From NCBI RefSeq assembly GCF_024521635.1, contig NW_026250403.1, forward strand, positions 744,001-808,000: a stretch of 64,000 nt of DNA. Direction: 5' to 3'. A model generated the notes under the pieces. That model had not been told where the DNA came from. It ran no database searches and saw nothing but the letters and a program-made list of their open reading frames with translations. Below are positions 50,101 through 63,536 of the stretch, piece after piece. The translations under genes and the position numbers were made by a program. Origin of the DNA: Tricharina praecox (Eukaryota). Position 1 is the stretch's first letter; every line of letters begins with the position of its first letter.

Positions 50101-53100
50101 ATGTCGTTGTCGATATACACCGCGCACGTAGGAGGGGTTCTGCAAGCCGATGGAAATACTTTTGCCTCGTACGTCGTTGCTATGGGGTGGGGGGAAGAGG
50201 GCGGGGAACGCAGATGGAGGGGGAGAGGCCGCTAACAGGTCGAAAGCGTCGACGAACTCCGGAAATGGATCGAGCAGAAGACGCGGCTACCGACGTCATG
50301 TCAGATACTCATGACAGCGCGGGGCACGAACGTGCGCGCAAATGTGCTGTCGAACGAGGTAGTTACCTCCGCGCCTATTGTCGCTACTACCTCGATAAAG
50401 CCGAACCTAACGTAACGGGCTGTCTGTCTGTAGAGAGAGATATTTTTATACGACCGGAAACAGCTCGAGCTGAACTCGATACCTCCCAGCGAACCCCTCC
50501 CGAAGCTGCCGGCCATCACCCCGTTCCCCGATGACCTCGAATCGGAAACCGACATGTCCTCGTGGCGGCTGCTATTCAAGAAGCGCAAGGCGTGGGCGGA
50601 ATCGGTCCTCGCGCACACGGAGCGACTGACGCAGCGGATCCGCGAGACCGATGCGGCGACGAAGACCATCCAGCGGTCGGTCGCGGTGGCGTTTACGAAT
50701 CTGGAGACGCATTCGGTGGGGCTGGGGAATTCGCTGACGAAACTACGGGAGTGGGCGGACGGCGTGATGGATGATCGGGAAAAGGCGCTGAAGGGGTGGG
50801 AGCCGGCGGTGCGGCAGCTGCTCCGCATGCCGGTGCATGAGGAGTTTAAGAAGTATGGCGTGGATGAAAAGGGTGCCCGCAAGGTCAATTGTTTGTCCGA
50901 CTTCTTCGATATCAAGGAGGTGCAGACGGCGGCGGCGACGGCGGCCATTCTGGCACAGAGGTTCGAGAGGGAGATTCACGAGTTGGGGAATAACATCGAG
51001 GATATCTGCGCCAGGACCGTCAACCTCAAGACGGCGATCCAGCAGTCGGGAAATAAGGCATCGTTGAATGTGGAAGAGCAGCTTAGTGGGCTTGTTGAGG
51101 AAGTCAGTCTACTTGTGAACAAGATCCGCACAGATAACGAGTATGCGAGGACTCTGCAGGGCCCAAAGTCGGCTTCAGCTGCTTCCAAGCGCGCCTATGC
51201 GTCTACGACCGACTATCTTCCAGGGCTAACCGCGGTCGCGGCTGATTTCGGGAAGCTTTTCATTGCTGCGTGCGAACGCAAGGTTTGTTTCATGCAATCA
51301 TTTGCCGTGCTATTCTGACTTGGCCTCTAGAACGCCGTGAGTGTAACATGCCACGACCACCTCCAGAACATTGCTGTCATACAATCGATATCGGCGCCTA
51401 TAAATCCTCAGATCAACAAGCTAGACTCGGCATATCAGGAAGAGGATAGTCACTTTCAGCTCTTGTCGCTCGTTGAACAGCTGCCGATATCCTACGGATT
51501 GCTTCTCATCGAGTGTGTCCGGCGAAGGGAATGGTCAGAGAAGTTCCAGCACAACGGTCAGAAGCTGGCTGAAGACTTGGCCTCAATCAAAGAAGACGAG
51601 GAAAAGCGACGGCGAAAGTGGCAACGGAGCACTGGGCTATTGCTGCCATTCGAGCTCGGCGAATCACAGATATTACGAGCAGAGCTCAACACCAGAGGTG
51701 ATGCAAGCGGCGGGCTTCCTAAGGTCACTCGACAAGATGTCGAGGCCTATCTTGATTCTCTTAAAGCTGTTGGCGGCATGGATGTTTTTTTGAAGGATCT
51801 CACGCAAGCGCTGCAAGCGCTTGACCACCCTTCCAAGCGCATAAACAAGCGGCTAAAGGGATTCAAGATGGGTAGCATCCATGAGGCGGGCATGATGGGT
51901 TCTTCATCTATTCTCAGTGGCCGGAACGATGAGGAAGTGAAGATTCTTCGCGCCGATAAGGAGCAACTGTCCGAGAGAATTAGGGGCTACGAATCTCGGA
52001 TACGGAAGCTGGAAGATCTTTTACACCGGGGAAGGACGGCGGGCGGGGCTCCATATCCGACCAATAACCCGACTGGACGTCCATCGACCCCGGCGCTGTC
52101 GCAGCCATTCCCTTCGAGCCTGCCACCGGCGCACTCTCCTGAGCAGACTTCCGCCAGGCCGGCTACGGCACAGCACCGCTCTTCGTTGGACAATGCGTTG
52201 GAAGCTACCTACAAGGCACGGATAGTGGAACTGGTGGCGGAATTGGCGGCGGAGAAGGAGAGGGCTGCTGAGCTCCAAAAGATGGCGTCCGAGAACACGG
52301 AATCCGAGAAGGCGGTTATGAATGCCAAGATAATGCAGGCGGACGAGACAAAGAGGGACCTGTTTGCGAACCTAGAAACGACGGTGCAGCAGAATAACAT
52401 TGAGAGGAAGGCGCTGACGTCGGAAATCGAGGAGCTCAAGGAGAGGCTAGACAGTACCTACGAAGAGCTGGATCGGCTCGAGGAGGAGAAAATAAAGCCT
52501 TTGGAACACGAGTTGGAACTTGTAGGCGGCGAGTTGTCGCATCTCCGGGAGGATATCGAGAGGGAGGTCCAGAGGAACGGTTCACTGGTCGAACAACTGA
52601 GGGCTGCGGAGCTGCAAGCGGATATCGAAATCAACGGCTTAAGGGCGGAACTGGAGAGTCAAATTCAGCATACGGAGGAGGAATCGTGGAGGGCCGAAGA
52701 AGCTACCGCCGCGCTGACTGAATCTGAAAAGTCGAAGGCAGAGATGGCTGAGCAGATTGCTGGATTGGAGAAGGAGCTCGTGGATACCAGGACCGCTCTG
52801 AACACTGGCAGGGAGTCGCTGCTGGGTGCCATGAAGAGGGCTCATGGTCATCTTTCGCTAGATGATGCCCCAGATGACCTCAACGCCATGATGGATCTGC
52901 TTGAATCTTTGATATCACAGACAGTGGTCCACAACAAGGAACTGAACGAGACTGTCGAAGCGGAGAAAGCGAATTCGGCTGCTCTGCGAGGAGAGAAGGA
53001 GTTCCTGCAGAACCGTTTGGACTCGCGCACCCTCAAAGCTAAAGACCTTACTCAGCGGCTATACACACATAATGCTCGATCGATCCAACTGCTCGAGTCC

Positions 53101-54153
53101 CTCGGCTATAGAGTGGTGCGTGGGGAAGACTCGGTGCAAATACTCAAGGTACCTCGCAACAGCGCTAATAGCGATTCGACCGTGCTCACCAAGAGCACTA
53201 TCATGCCTGCTGGAGGAAACACCGCACAAAAGACTTCCCCGCTGCGCCTAGAAAATGCCCCTGCTGTGGAAGACATCGGCTTGCTGTACTGGATGGAGAG
53301 CCCTGATAGTGACACGGAATCCGAGAAATACAGCAAGTATCTTAAGACGATAGTCGCCTTCGATCTCGATGCCTTCAGCGAGACAATCATCAACCGGGTG
53401 AAGAAGGCAGAGCAAGATGCCCGGCAACTCATGAAGCAAGGTCGTGCCTACCGCGAAAAATACTACCGCGCGCGTGATGAGGCGAGCGACAAGATTGCCT
53501 TCAAATCCTTCAAATCCGGCGACCTCGCCCTCTTCCTTCCGACTAGAAATCAGAAAACACGTCCATGGGCGGCCTTCAACGTTGGTGCGCCCCATTTCTT
53601 CCTTCGCGAGCAGGATTCCCACAAGCTCGCCTCCCGTGACTGGCTCCTCGCCCGCATCAGCAAAGTCGAAGAGCGCGTGGTTGACCTCTCCCGCTCGACC
53701 GCATCAATCAACCTCCCGCACGGCATCGAGCGCTCCTCTATCGGCGGACACTCTTCCGGCGGAGAATCAATCGATGACGAAAACCCATTTGAACTCTCGG
53801 ACGGGTTGCGATGGTACCTACTGGACGCCACGGAGGAAAAATCCGGTGCTCCATCCACCCCCGGACTCTCTGCCAGCACTGTCGCCTCTGCAAACGTCGA
53901 CGTCAAGGGCTCCCTCAAGTCCAGGAAACCAAATACAGGGGCCAAGAAGAAGCTCTCGGAGATCACGACGGAACACTCGCGTAGGAGTAGCAGTGGCAGT
54001 CAGAACCGTGCAGAGGCACTTGAGGAGGTCCATGAAACCATCGCAGCCCTCGAGCCACCACGTACGCCAGTCGAGAAGATTGCGGCCAGCATCAGAAGTC
54101 GCGCTAGCAGTATCAGATCCGCGACGACGCAGGAGCCTCCTATGCAGCGGTAG
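50101..54153 (+). CDS. ATG11: Autophagy scaffold Atg11; introns 50169-50246, 50359-50433, 51283-51330
   Basis: Spliced N-terminus MSLSIYTAH..FAS|VDELRKWI..QILMTARG..|REIFLYDR; YGLLLIECVRRREW; coiled coils; claw domain KIAFKSFKSGDLALFLPTRNQ..PWAAFNVGAPHFFL..DENPFELSDGLRWYLLDA. Confidence 0.95.
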
Positions 54154-54592
54154 TTGGCCGTTTACTGGATTTGGGTCTGCTTTGGGTTTGCTTTGTTCTG
54201 CGGGGTTTTTTCTGTTTGTGCATTGGTTTCTTTATTTTCCTTAGGATAGGATAGGATAGGCTGGGTCAGGTTGGACTTCCCATTGTCATTGTCAGTTGTT
54301 CAATTAGCGGTTTTGTTTCCGTTCCGTTTTCATTAGGGAGTCGGAAGGGCATTTTGGTGTTGCTAGTGAGGGTGGGAATGGGAATTTGAGCTTTTTGTTT
54401 GGTTATTGTGTGGGGTGATTACGATGGTGGAATCGAACTGGACGGTGAATAAGGGTGGAGTGAAATATATTGCAATCTCAAAGACCACGAGGCGCAAACA
54501 GTAGCCGTAAACAGCGACGTGAATTTACGATGAAGCTGAACAAACAAAGATATCTCCATTAAACCCCTCTCGCAAAGACAACATGACCCATC

Positions 54593-55148
54593 CTACTCCT
54601 CGCCCTCATTGACCAGCCGTCCCACAAGCAAGTACTTGCCCTCGAAATGTGCGGCCCACTCCTTCAGCGAGCCCCTCTCTTCGTCGGTCAGATCGACCAG
54701 CAGGTCCAGCGGCATATCGACGTCGGTGAGCATATCCTCGTCGAAGCTATTCTTTGCGAGGCCACGGCTGGCGTCTCTGCCGGCGAAATTACTGTAGGGG
54801 CCGCCAGGCCCGTAGAAGCTCTTTCCGGCGGTGACGTCAAAGACCTTGCCCTGGACGCCGAGCATGACGCGCGGGTCGTCGACGCCGTTGAACGGGCGCA
54901 GCGTCGAAGGCGTAAACGTCTTGAAGACCATCGGCGCGGAAGCCGCGAGCGTGGGTGCGGCGGAAGGCCGCAGCCGCGTGTACACCAGGTACAGGAACAG
55001 CGATAGCAGAACCGCGTTCACGGGCGTAAACACGCTGAGGCTACGTGGCGGCGAGATAGTCAGTACCGTGTGTGCGTGCGTGCGGATTGGAGTGGCCTGC
55101 GTACGCCTGCGCCTCTGAGGAGTCTGTGGGAGATGTTGAGTGCGCCAT
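54593..55148 (-). CDS. DAP1: MAPR-family cytochrome b5-like heme/steroid-binding protein Dap1; one intron
   Basis: N-terminal TM; FTPSTLRPFNG, GKVFDVTAGKSFYGPGGPYSNFAGRDASRGLAK, W..HFEGKY..VGRL. Confidence 0.9.
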
Positions 55149-55750
55149 GGTTGCGGTGGGAGATCGGTGGGAGTCGGGGTCGTGGGGAGGGTGGAATTTG
55201 TGCGTGGTGTGTGGAGAAAGACGCTGCAGTGACGGAGGTGGTTGCTGATATGTACCTGGGTGAGACACCTTGTGCCAAGCCTGATACCTCTCTCGATTCT
55301 CTGGCTACTCGTACGTACCGGCCGGGAGGAGTGAGCCGATTGCGGTGGAGCCGAATCGAAGGACTTTCTATGGATGCTGGGTAGGCTGCGAACATACATA
55401 CAAACTAGCGACGTCTCTAGATATACAACTGCCAGCTCTAAACCTTCATATATACAGCTATCCACCAACAGCAGCAAACACTGGATGATTCCTCCCTCCA
55501 CCAATCCAGGCCCATCCATACGTCATTCCTCCTCTCATCCCAAAGAACCAGCTAAACAAAGACCATTGCAAGCAGAAGAAGGGAAAGTAAGTATTATCGA
55601 CACTGAGAACTAAACTATCCTAAAAAACCCCACAAAAGAAAAACCAATTGCTCCCGCTAATGCAAAAAAAACAAAGAAAAAAAACTTAGAGCCCAAAAAA
55701 TAATACACAAGAAAAAGAAAAAAAGGTACAATGTAAGGGAGGGAAATAGA

Positions 55751-58592
55751 TTAGGTGGGTGCGTTAGATAGTTCGTCTAAGAGCTTCCTTGAAGCTCTGG
55801 AAATAAGCGATGAGACCTTTTTCACCTCTTGCTGTGCCAGCTGCCAGTCGCCAGCATTCACTGCGTCCCGAATGCCGGGGAAGTAGGATACTTCATTGGA
55901 ATTCTCGGCCTGGTGGAGATGTCAATGGTGGTTCCGGAGTTAGAGGAAGGAAGGAAGGAAGGATTGCTACTCACATCGGGGCCCATGACCATATGCCTGA
56001 ACCACTCACGACCTGGTGCTCGACCTCCGGGTGCGTGCAGGTCCAACAGGTGCTTATCGAAATTTCCCATGCGGATACTTCTCGAGCGTCGCTGAGAAAC
56101 CGCCCATTCATCCGTCTGGACGTACATGCCTTCGAGGTCCTGAGCCATCCACCCCTCGTTCATCTGCGTAAACTTGACGATATGTCCTTGACCGGTTTCG
56201 ATCGCCTTCACCAGTGGTTGCATGTCCAAGCTTGCGCCCGGTGCTTGCTTGACCTTCTCTTGAACCCAGTCGCGCAGTTTCTCGGTCTGTTCTTGAAGAA
56301 TATACGAGTACGCCATCATGTCTAGTGGGATGATCGGATGATCCGCCATTTCCAGAGCAAGGAGGATCAGAATCTTTGCGAGTGCCTCGTGATAGGCGAA
56401 CGCTGGGTCGACGATGCTCTTCATCCAGGCAAAATTGTCGTAGCAGCTGTGGGACGGAACGCCTCTACCGGAAAAAGAGAGGTCGACGGACGAAATGCCG
56501 GCATGGTGTTGGAAAGCAGTGTAGTCACCGCCGGCACCGAGGCCCGGCATTTTCCGGCTATCCCATGTGGTGTTGAGCAGCTTATGGGATAACGGGTCCG
56601 GCACACGACCGAGCACCTTCTTCACCGCGTATTGCATGGCCGGCGAGCCGGCGGCAGTGAAATCAGTGCCTGTTACGGCTGCGTCGAGGTTGATGTAAGC
56701 TATCACGTTGTCCCGAATAACATCGCCGATTTCCTCAACGAATTCTCTGCTTCAATTAGCAAAATGGACACCGACGGCCTCAGCGCCGGATGCACTTACG
56801 TCGAGCCGATGAGATTATACTGCGAAGCATCCCAGTTCGCAAAGACGATGGTCCGGAGAGGTCTCCAGCCAAACTCCATCATCTTTCCGAACACTCTCGC
56901 GACCTCGAGCATGATAGCCGTACCCGAGTTCGGATCGCTGGCACCAAAGCACCAAGCATCTCGATGGTTACCGATGATGACTTTCTCCTCAAGGGGATCG
57001 GTCCCTTTGATCTCGCCGAGGACATTCCAGATGGGCTGACGGTCCTTCTCGACCTGTTCGTTTTGCAGATGAATGACTGGCGATTGTTCGATCGATCCGG
57101 TCCAGTACTCATCCACCTGCGGCACTCCGCCAACCCAATCTTCCTGAACCCTGCGGCCTTTCCCTTTGATTGCTTGCAGGAGTGGTCGGGCGTCTTTGTA
57201 TGACTGTCATTTAATCGTCAGCTCGGGTACATACATTAACCGCGTGCACACGTGTAACTTGTCGGGACGTACCAGCGGCAACGAGGGGATATTTAACAGC
57301 CCCGGGTTGTTTTCTTTGGATACCCTTTCGGTCGTGGGCAAGCTTGGAAATCCAGGAGTCAAAACATCACCCATGACCAAGCTCTTCAAGCTCACACTCC
57401 CCCTCTGCACCGCGTTCTCGGGCCAATCCCATCCTTCAGTCTTCGGATCCGTAAACAGCAATGCTCCGGCCGCGCCGTGTTGCTCAGCAGCCAAGATCTT
57501 CCGCGCAGTGTCACTCTGCGTTCCTCCGTGCCGCATCAACACCACCGCACCCTTCACCGAGATGCCCTGCGACTGCAGCAACGCAAAATCGGCTTTCGAG
57601 CCGTAGTTCGCATACACAACTGGCCCTTTGACGGTCCCCGACTTCGAATGTCCATGGAACACCAGGGTGTTTTCCGGCGGTCTTTTATCGTTCGACGACT
57701 CCTTCAGTGTCGGTTCCTCCAGCTGCGCCTCCCACTTGGGCTCGTCCATCCACACCCTGCGGCCACCAGGCTTCGGGTAGTTGAGGTAGACATCGTACTG
57801 CATCCTCTCAGTCTTGAACCCAAAGCTCGAGAACTCCCCCTGCACGTACTTGGCTAGCACGTAGTCCCCCTCCGTGCCAGCCATGTGGTCGAAAGAGCTG
57901 ATGTATTCCAGCCAATGCTTGATGTGCTCCCTCTCGATACCGCGTTCCGCATACGACCGCACACTTTCCGGATCGAACGGCCCCAGGTACTCGGAACCCA
58001 CCGAACGAAAGCTAAACACATCCGTCGCCAGCAGCACGTAAACGACGATCAGCGAGACCACGACCGCGAGCAGCCTATACACCGGCACCATCGCGGCACT
58101 ATTAAGGTCTGCACAGCACGGTATCGACGGAACAGCAGGCAGGCGACACCGCATCCCGGCGAACGGATTCGGCACCGACCACCTCGATGTGATAGAGCTG
58201 AACCTTTTCGTGAACGACAACCTCAGCCCGCCGCCAACGCCGCCGCGCTCCGCCGCATCCCCGTCCATCACTTCCATCTGTATCATTTCCCTCGCCAAGC
58301 TCTCGGCACTCGACCTCGGCGACGCAAACTCCTCCAGAAACGACGACTCCATCGAGCTGCGCACGCTCTCCACCGTCGGCGCCCTGTACCCGTCCGCCCG
58401 CGTCGCGGACGGGCCCCCCGAGCCCCCCGGCGATGACTGCTGTAGCAACCCCGCCGACTCGCTCGTCTCGACGCCGCCGACGACGCCGCCATACTCGCTC
58501 GCGGCGCGCGACGACGACCCCACCGCCTCCTCGTACGTCGGGATCGGCAGGTTCCGCCCCAGCATCGCCGGTGTCTTCTCGTTGTCGGGCAT
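55751..58592 (-). CDS. Type II membrane M28/transferrin-receptor-like protein (Vps70/Tre-like glutamate carboxypeptidase family); 4 exons
   Basis: N-terminal PTYEEA (PY-like) motif, one TM, HMAGTEGD, PA domain (VYANYG), IIGNHRDAWCFGASDPNSGTA, AYINLD, TfR dimerisation region WFRHMVMGP. Confidence 0.88.
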
Positions 58593-58835
58593 CGGTCTCG
58601 GTCGGCTCGGTTCGGTTCGCTATGTACGCACGCTACGATCTCGGTGTGTCTGTGGCTGTGTCTGTCTTGTGTGCGTCTTGTGTGTGTGTGTCTTGTCTTG
58701 TCGGGGGTGCCCTTTATTCCGTGGGCATGTAGGTAGAGTGGAAAAAGATAATCGTCGATGGAAGGAGCGGATGGTCGAGTGTCACAGACTACTCATTCGT
58801 ATGGGTATACCGTAGGTAATTGGGCGGGTTGCTGT

Positions 58836-58863
58836 GGTGGTGGTGGTGGTGGTGGTGGTGGTG
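58836..58863. repeat. (GGT)n microsatellite
   Basis: Direct reading. Confidence 0.85.
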
Positions 58864-59635
58864 GGCGGGGACGCGCTGGCTATACTATAGTACCGTATGT
58901 ACCGTGCTTTCCTTCCTGTTGCTGATGTTATCTCAGGAGGTTGCTTGCTACTGCTGCTGCCATGGAAGGCACGGCGTGGCACACCCCTGTTGGGAATTTG
59001 GCAGCACCGAGCTGACGAGTAAACTGCTGCTAACTAGATACCCTAGCGGGCTCTAGAGTAACTCTGGCATGGCATGGCATAGCACCGTTGTGGGGATGCC
59101 GGGATTGGCAGATCATCAGATATCACCAGCTTGTAGTTAACCCACGCTCCTGAGTATATGCTCAGAGCGCCGGTGCATATGCATAATTACAGTGGGCTAT
59201 ACATTGATGTTCTCTCACTTTCTCACACTCTCACAGTAGAATGCCAGTAGTAGAGTAAATACGGTGGTTTACTAATGGTACCGTCGAACGCAATGATGAT
59301 TAACCCGGGAAACAAAATGAAAAAAGTCCATACTCACGGTTGGTGGTGGCGCAGCAGTCGAACCGGCAACCGAGCCGGCCGGGGAGGGAGGCACAATGGC
59401 CGTGGGAGGAAACTTCATCCGTACCATGTATCTACACACGGGCGGAGCTTTCGTTTAGGCTGTAGTTAGGTATAGAGTACCAAGAATCTAGATATTATCG
59501 TAGTAATAGCTGTGATGATGGAGTTTGGAGGTTTTGTATCTTCATACTCAAGCCACCTGCTTGAGAAGTGGCACGAACGACACACTTGGAGCTCTGGGAG
59601 CTCGACGCTCCAGGAACCACAGAGTGCAACTGGTA

Positions 59636-59668
59636 GCTGCCACGCTGCCACGCTGCCACGCTTCCACG
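59636..59668. repeat. (GCTGCCAC)x4 tandem repeat
   Basis: gctgccac gctgccac gctgccac gcttccac. Confidence 0.85.
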
Positions 59669-60397
59669 TGCATCCGTCTTCCCTGTGAACGGTGGCCATT
59701 TCCCGTAGGCCGTTGCCGAAGTTACCCGGCCAGACAGGCACAGCGAAGCTAACCCGCATCGAGCAGCTCTTCGGATCTGCGCTGTGTGCCTGTCTTCGAT
59801 CCTCCGGATGTATGCTATGTACCAGGAGCTGCCAATAAGTGGTGCCCCACCTCCATTACGAAGCATGAGCACTAATCTATATCAGGAATGCACTAAACCA
59901 GATACAATTAAATGAGTGAGTGGTTGTGACCAAGTTGTATGGGGGAAAAACTGGTGAGGCAGCACTTACCCTTACACCCGAGTACATATGCAATAGGTAT
60001 CTGCAGAGAAGAGGAAAGGACATGGCCATCGAGTAGCCGCATCACCAGAGAAAATAAAAGCACCGTAAAACAAGGCGACAGTTTCCTTGTCGTTGAAGTT
60101 ATAGCTTCATCAGTCCCTAATTCCCAATTCCCAATCATCATAACCCCCCACGCCCCCCGTCCCATCCGATCCCATAGCCTCCCTAAGCCAAACCGAAATG
60201 AAGAAAACCATAATAAAACACACAACCATTATGTAAAGAAACATGAAAAAAAGAGATCTTATGCAATTCTTTTCCCTCTAAGCATGGTATCATGGTCCCC
60301 AAATTCATATCAAACATCATTAAAATCAAAGTAAGAGAAACAAAAAAGCCCCTAAACCCCCACCAAGAAACCCGTATGAGAAAAGGAAGTCTATGAT

Positions 60398-62032
60398 TTA
60401 GTCCTTCCTGACGTATTCCCTTCGGAACTTATCGTCGATGCTGACGAGGTAGAAGGTGCCCTTGGTGATGGTGTCGACGGAGCCGCTGGGGGTGTAGCTC
60501 TTCTTTCCGTGGGCGTTGTGGCGGAGCTCGCACATCTGAATGATTGGTTAGCACGTGTAACGAAGATGCTCGTCGGAGATGCAAAGGGAACTTACGGAGT
60601 CGTAGACCTCGGGGGCCACGATGTTTCTTGCGGCAAGTCTCTCGGTTAGGTTCAACTTGTCTTGGAAATCTTTGGTGGAGCCTTTGACGGTCATCGAGAA
60701 GAGAGAGCTGGCGAGGCCACTGCCGTAGGAGAATAGACCCACCCTCTTGCCCTGGAGAGTCTCGGAGTCGACATTCTTGAGGAGAGCGCAGAGGCCCGAG
60801 TACACACTTGCGGTGTACATGTTTCCGCAGTTAGTAGGGACCTCAATGCTGGGCTGGACACGCTCGGCGAAGCGCTTCTTGGAGAGACCGACGAAGGTCT
60901 TCTCAATGTTGCGGTCTGCGAGCGAGGTCTCGTAATCGATGTCACGCATCTCCTCGGGAACAGAGCCGAACTGCTCGGAGGTGGGCGAGGCGACGTAGTC
61001 GTTGTACAGCATACGGGCGTAGGACTTGGCAACGAGCTTGCAGGTGGGGGCGTGGAAGAGCAGGTAGTCGAATCGGTCGAGACCCTCGGCAGGTGCGCCG
61101 TTGACTCCGTTGGAACCGTTGGCTGTCCGGTTGGCGGCAAGAGTGGCAACGCGCTTGTTGTATGCCTTGTAGCACGCGTCGACGGCCTCGGTGTAGCAGC
61201 GGATGGAGAAGTGGCCATCGACAACGGGGTACTCGCTGGTCAGGTCGGGCTTGTAGAAGTCGTAGGCGTGGGCCATGTAGCTTCCCCTCTTGCCAGGCTC
61301 GAAGACGAGCGGGGCGTCGGGTCCGATGAGCATGGCAACGGCTCCAGCACCTCCGGTTGGGCGTGCGGCACCCTTGGCGTAGAGAGCAATGTCACCGGCA
61401 ACGACAATTGCATCACGGCCGTCCCAGGCGGAGGACTCGACCCAGTTGATGGCGTTGAAGAGGGCGTTGGTGCCTCCGTAGCAGGCATTGAGAGTGTCGA
61501 CACCCTCGACATTGGTGTTCTTGCCGAAGAGCTTCATGAGGACCGACTTGACGGACTTGGACTTGTCCAAGATGGTCTCGGTGCCGACCTCGAGGCGTCC
61601 GATCGAGTCGGTGTCGATGCTGTATTTCTCGATGAGGGACTGGGTGACGGTCAGGGCCATCGAGTAGATGTCTAGTAGCACAATCAGCGTCTGCGGTCAT
61701 TCGATCCGGGACTGCCAGGCGTCTCGGCCTGTCCCGAGTGGAATGGACCCTACACACCCTCACGGTCATCACAGAAGGCCATCTTGGTCTGGCCAAGGCC
61801 GATGGTGTACTTTCCGGTGGAGACACCATCGAACTTCTCGAGCTCAGATTGCTCAACGCACTGAAAGCTGGTTAGCCACCTGTTTGAACATTCTGCGGTG
61901 GTTCCGGGCGGGAGGTGCAATTCGGAGGCAGAGCTAAAGGGTGGTTGGGCAGGCCTCAAAGGGGTTGCATACCTGGTTGGGGAAGTAGATCTCAATGGCC
62001 TTGATGCCAATGTTCTCAGGACGGGCAGACAT
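60398..62032 (-). CDS. ERG13: Hydroxymethylglutaryl-CoA synthase; 4 exons
   Basis: [46 protein letters not shown]; catalytic [34 protein letters not shown]. Confidence 0.97.
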
Positions 62033-63536
62033 GGTTGGAGAGGTTAGGGTGCGTGTAGGGAGAAGATTGATAGTTTTGAGGATCGCGTCGTGAGGAAGCT
62101 AAAGGACTCGTGAATTGGACAATGGAAGGCGTGGGAAACAACGACGATACGAGCTGGTGAGAAGAGAAGGAGAAGGAGGAGAGTTCGGGTGACGGCGAGA
62201 TTTAGCAGGAAGCAGCCAAAGGCGGACGGGAGAGGGGCAGCACGAGCACTTTATGGAGGCGAGTTGGGGGGGTTGATTGATGAGGTTGGGGGAGGGCCGA
62301 TAGTTCGCAGTGGCTTGGGTTTAGTGGGAAATTGGCTTTCGATTTCGGGAAGGCGTCGTGTTCAACACCACGTCCGAAAACCGCTTGCACAACCCAGAAC
62401 CGATGACCTGCTCCCAACCAACAAACAGCTGTCAACGCGGATGTGCTGGGTGCTGTCCGGACGATCCTTGAGAGGTTGGTTGGTTGAGGAGGATCGGGGA
62501 GGGGGTGGATGCTATTCGCAACTCTGGCCTACTCTACTGAGGGCTTGTGAGCTTCGAGTTGAGTTCGCTTCTTTTCCTGAGCGTTTTTGTTGCGAACCAC
62601 CATCCCGAAGACTCCGCACGTGCGCACGAGGGGGGCGGCGAGATATGGCACCGAGAGGAGGAGCCAGGGGGCGCCAAAGGCGGCCTGCTGTTGTTGAGGT
62701 GATGCTTGTTTAGCATTGTTTACCGTCTCGCCATCTCCGTTGCCATTGCGCCCCTTGCCTTCGTTGCGCCATACCGCTAAGATAAATAATCGTAAGCTCT
62801 TTGATGCAGCAATGAGCATCTTATCGTCTTGGCAACGTCAGGGTCGCTTCGCATCAAGTGGGATGTACTCTTCCTCTTCTTACTGGATGGGGTGTTCCGC
62901 TTCGGACTGCTGAACGGGAAATGTCCAGCGGCGGGTGGAGACTTGTGGGGGAAAAGAAAAAAAAGAGAAAGAGCTGTCCGAACGACAACAACAACAAGTG
63001 ACAACTCCATTAGCTCGAGACAGACTGCCGGGCACCACGGCCATCAACCAGACCTGACCAGCACCATAGTCCATGGACACTTCTCTCTGCTGCTCTCCGC
63101 TGCACGCATAAGTATCATGTACCCAAGTAGCCACGACTCCATCCCTCGGATCGGCCAATGGCGAACTTGCATCTTCCGCCGTTCTATACATACTCTAGAT
63201 GCATCACCGATTCCATGCAACCGATTCCTCCGGTGTAAAGAGTGTCCTCTGGCTACATATCCTTCACCACCGGGGGGAAAAAGTCACTCTACGTACGAAC
63301 ACAGGTACATAGAGTATGTATCATCACGGTCACTTTGCACATCTATAGAGCACTCTATGTAGTAGAGCGATTGTTTCTGCAAGGATAGGGACCTGACACC
63401 TATGCAGGTTCACGCCCATCGTTCTTTTTCGCTCTGCGTCCCCCTATGTATCGGCTAGGTACTCTAAGGGAACCGGAGTCGAGTGCAAACAGCTGCCCAT
63501 GCCCACCGCCGCCGCTTGCACACACCCTACGGGAAT

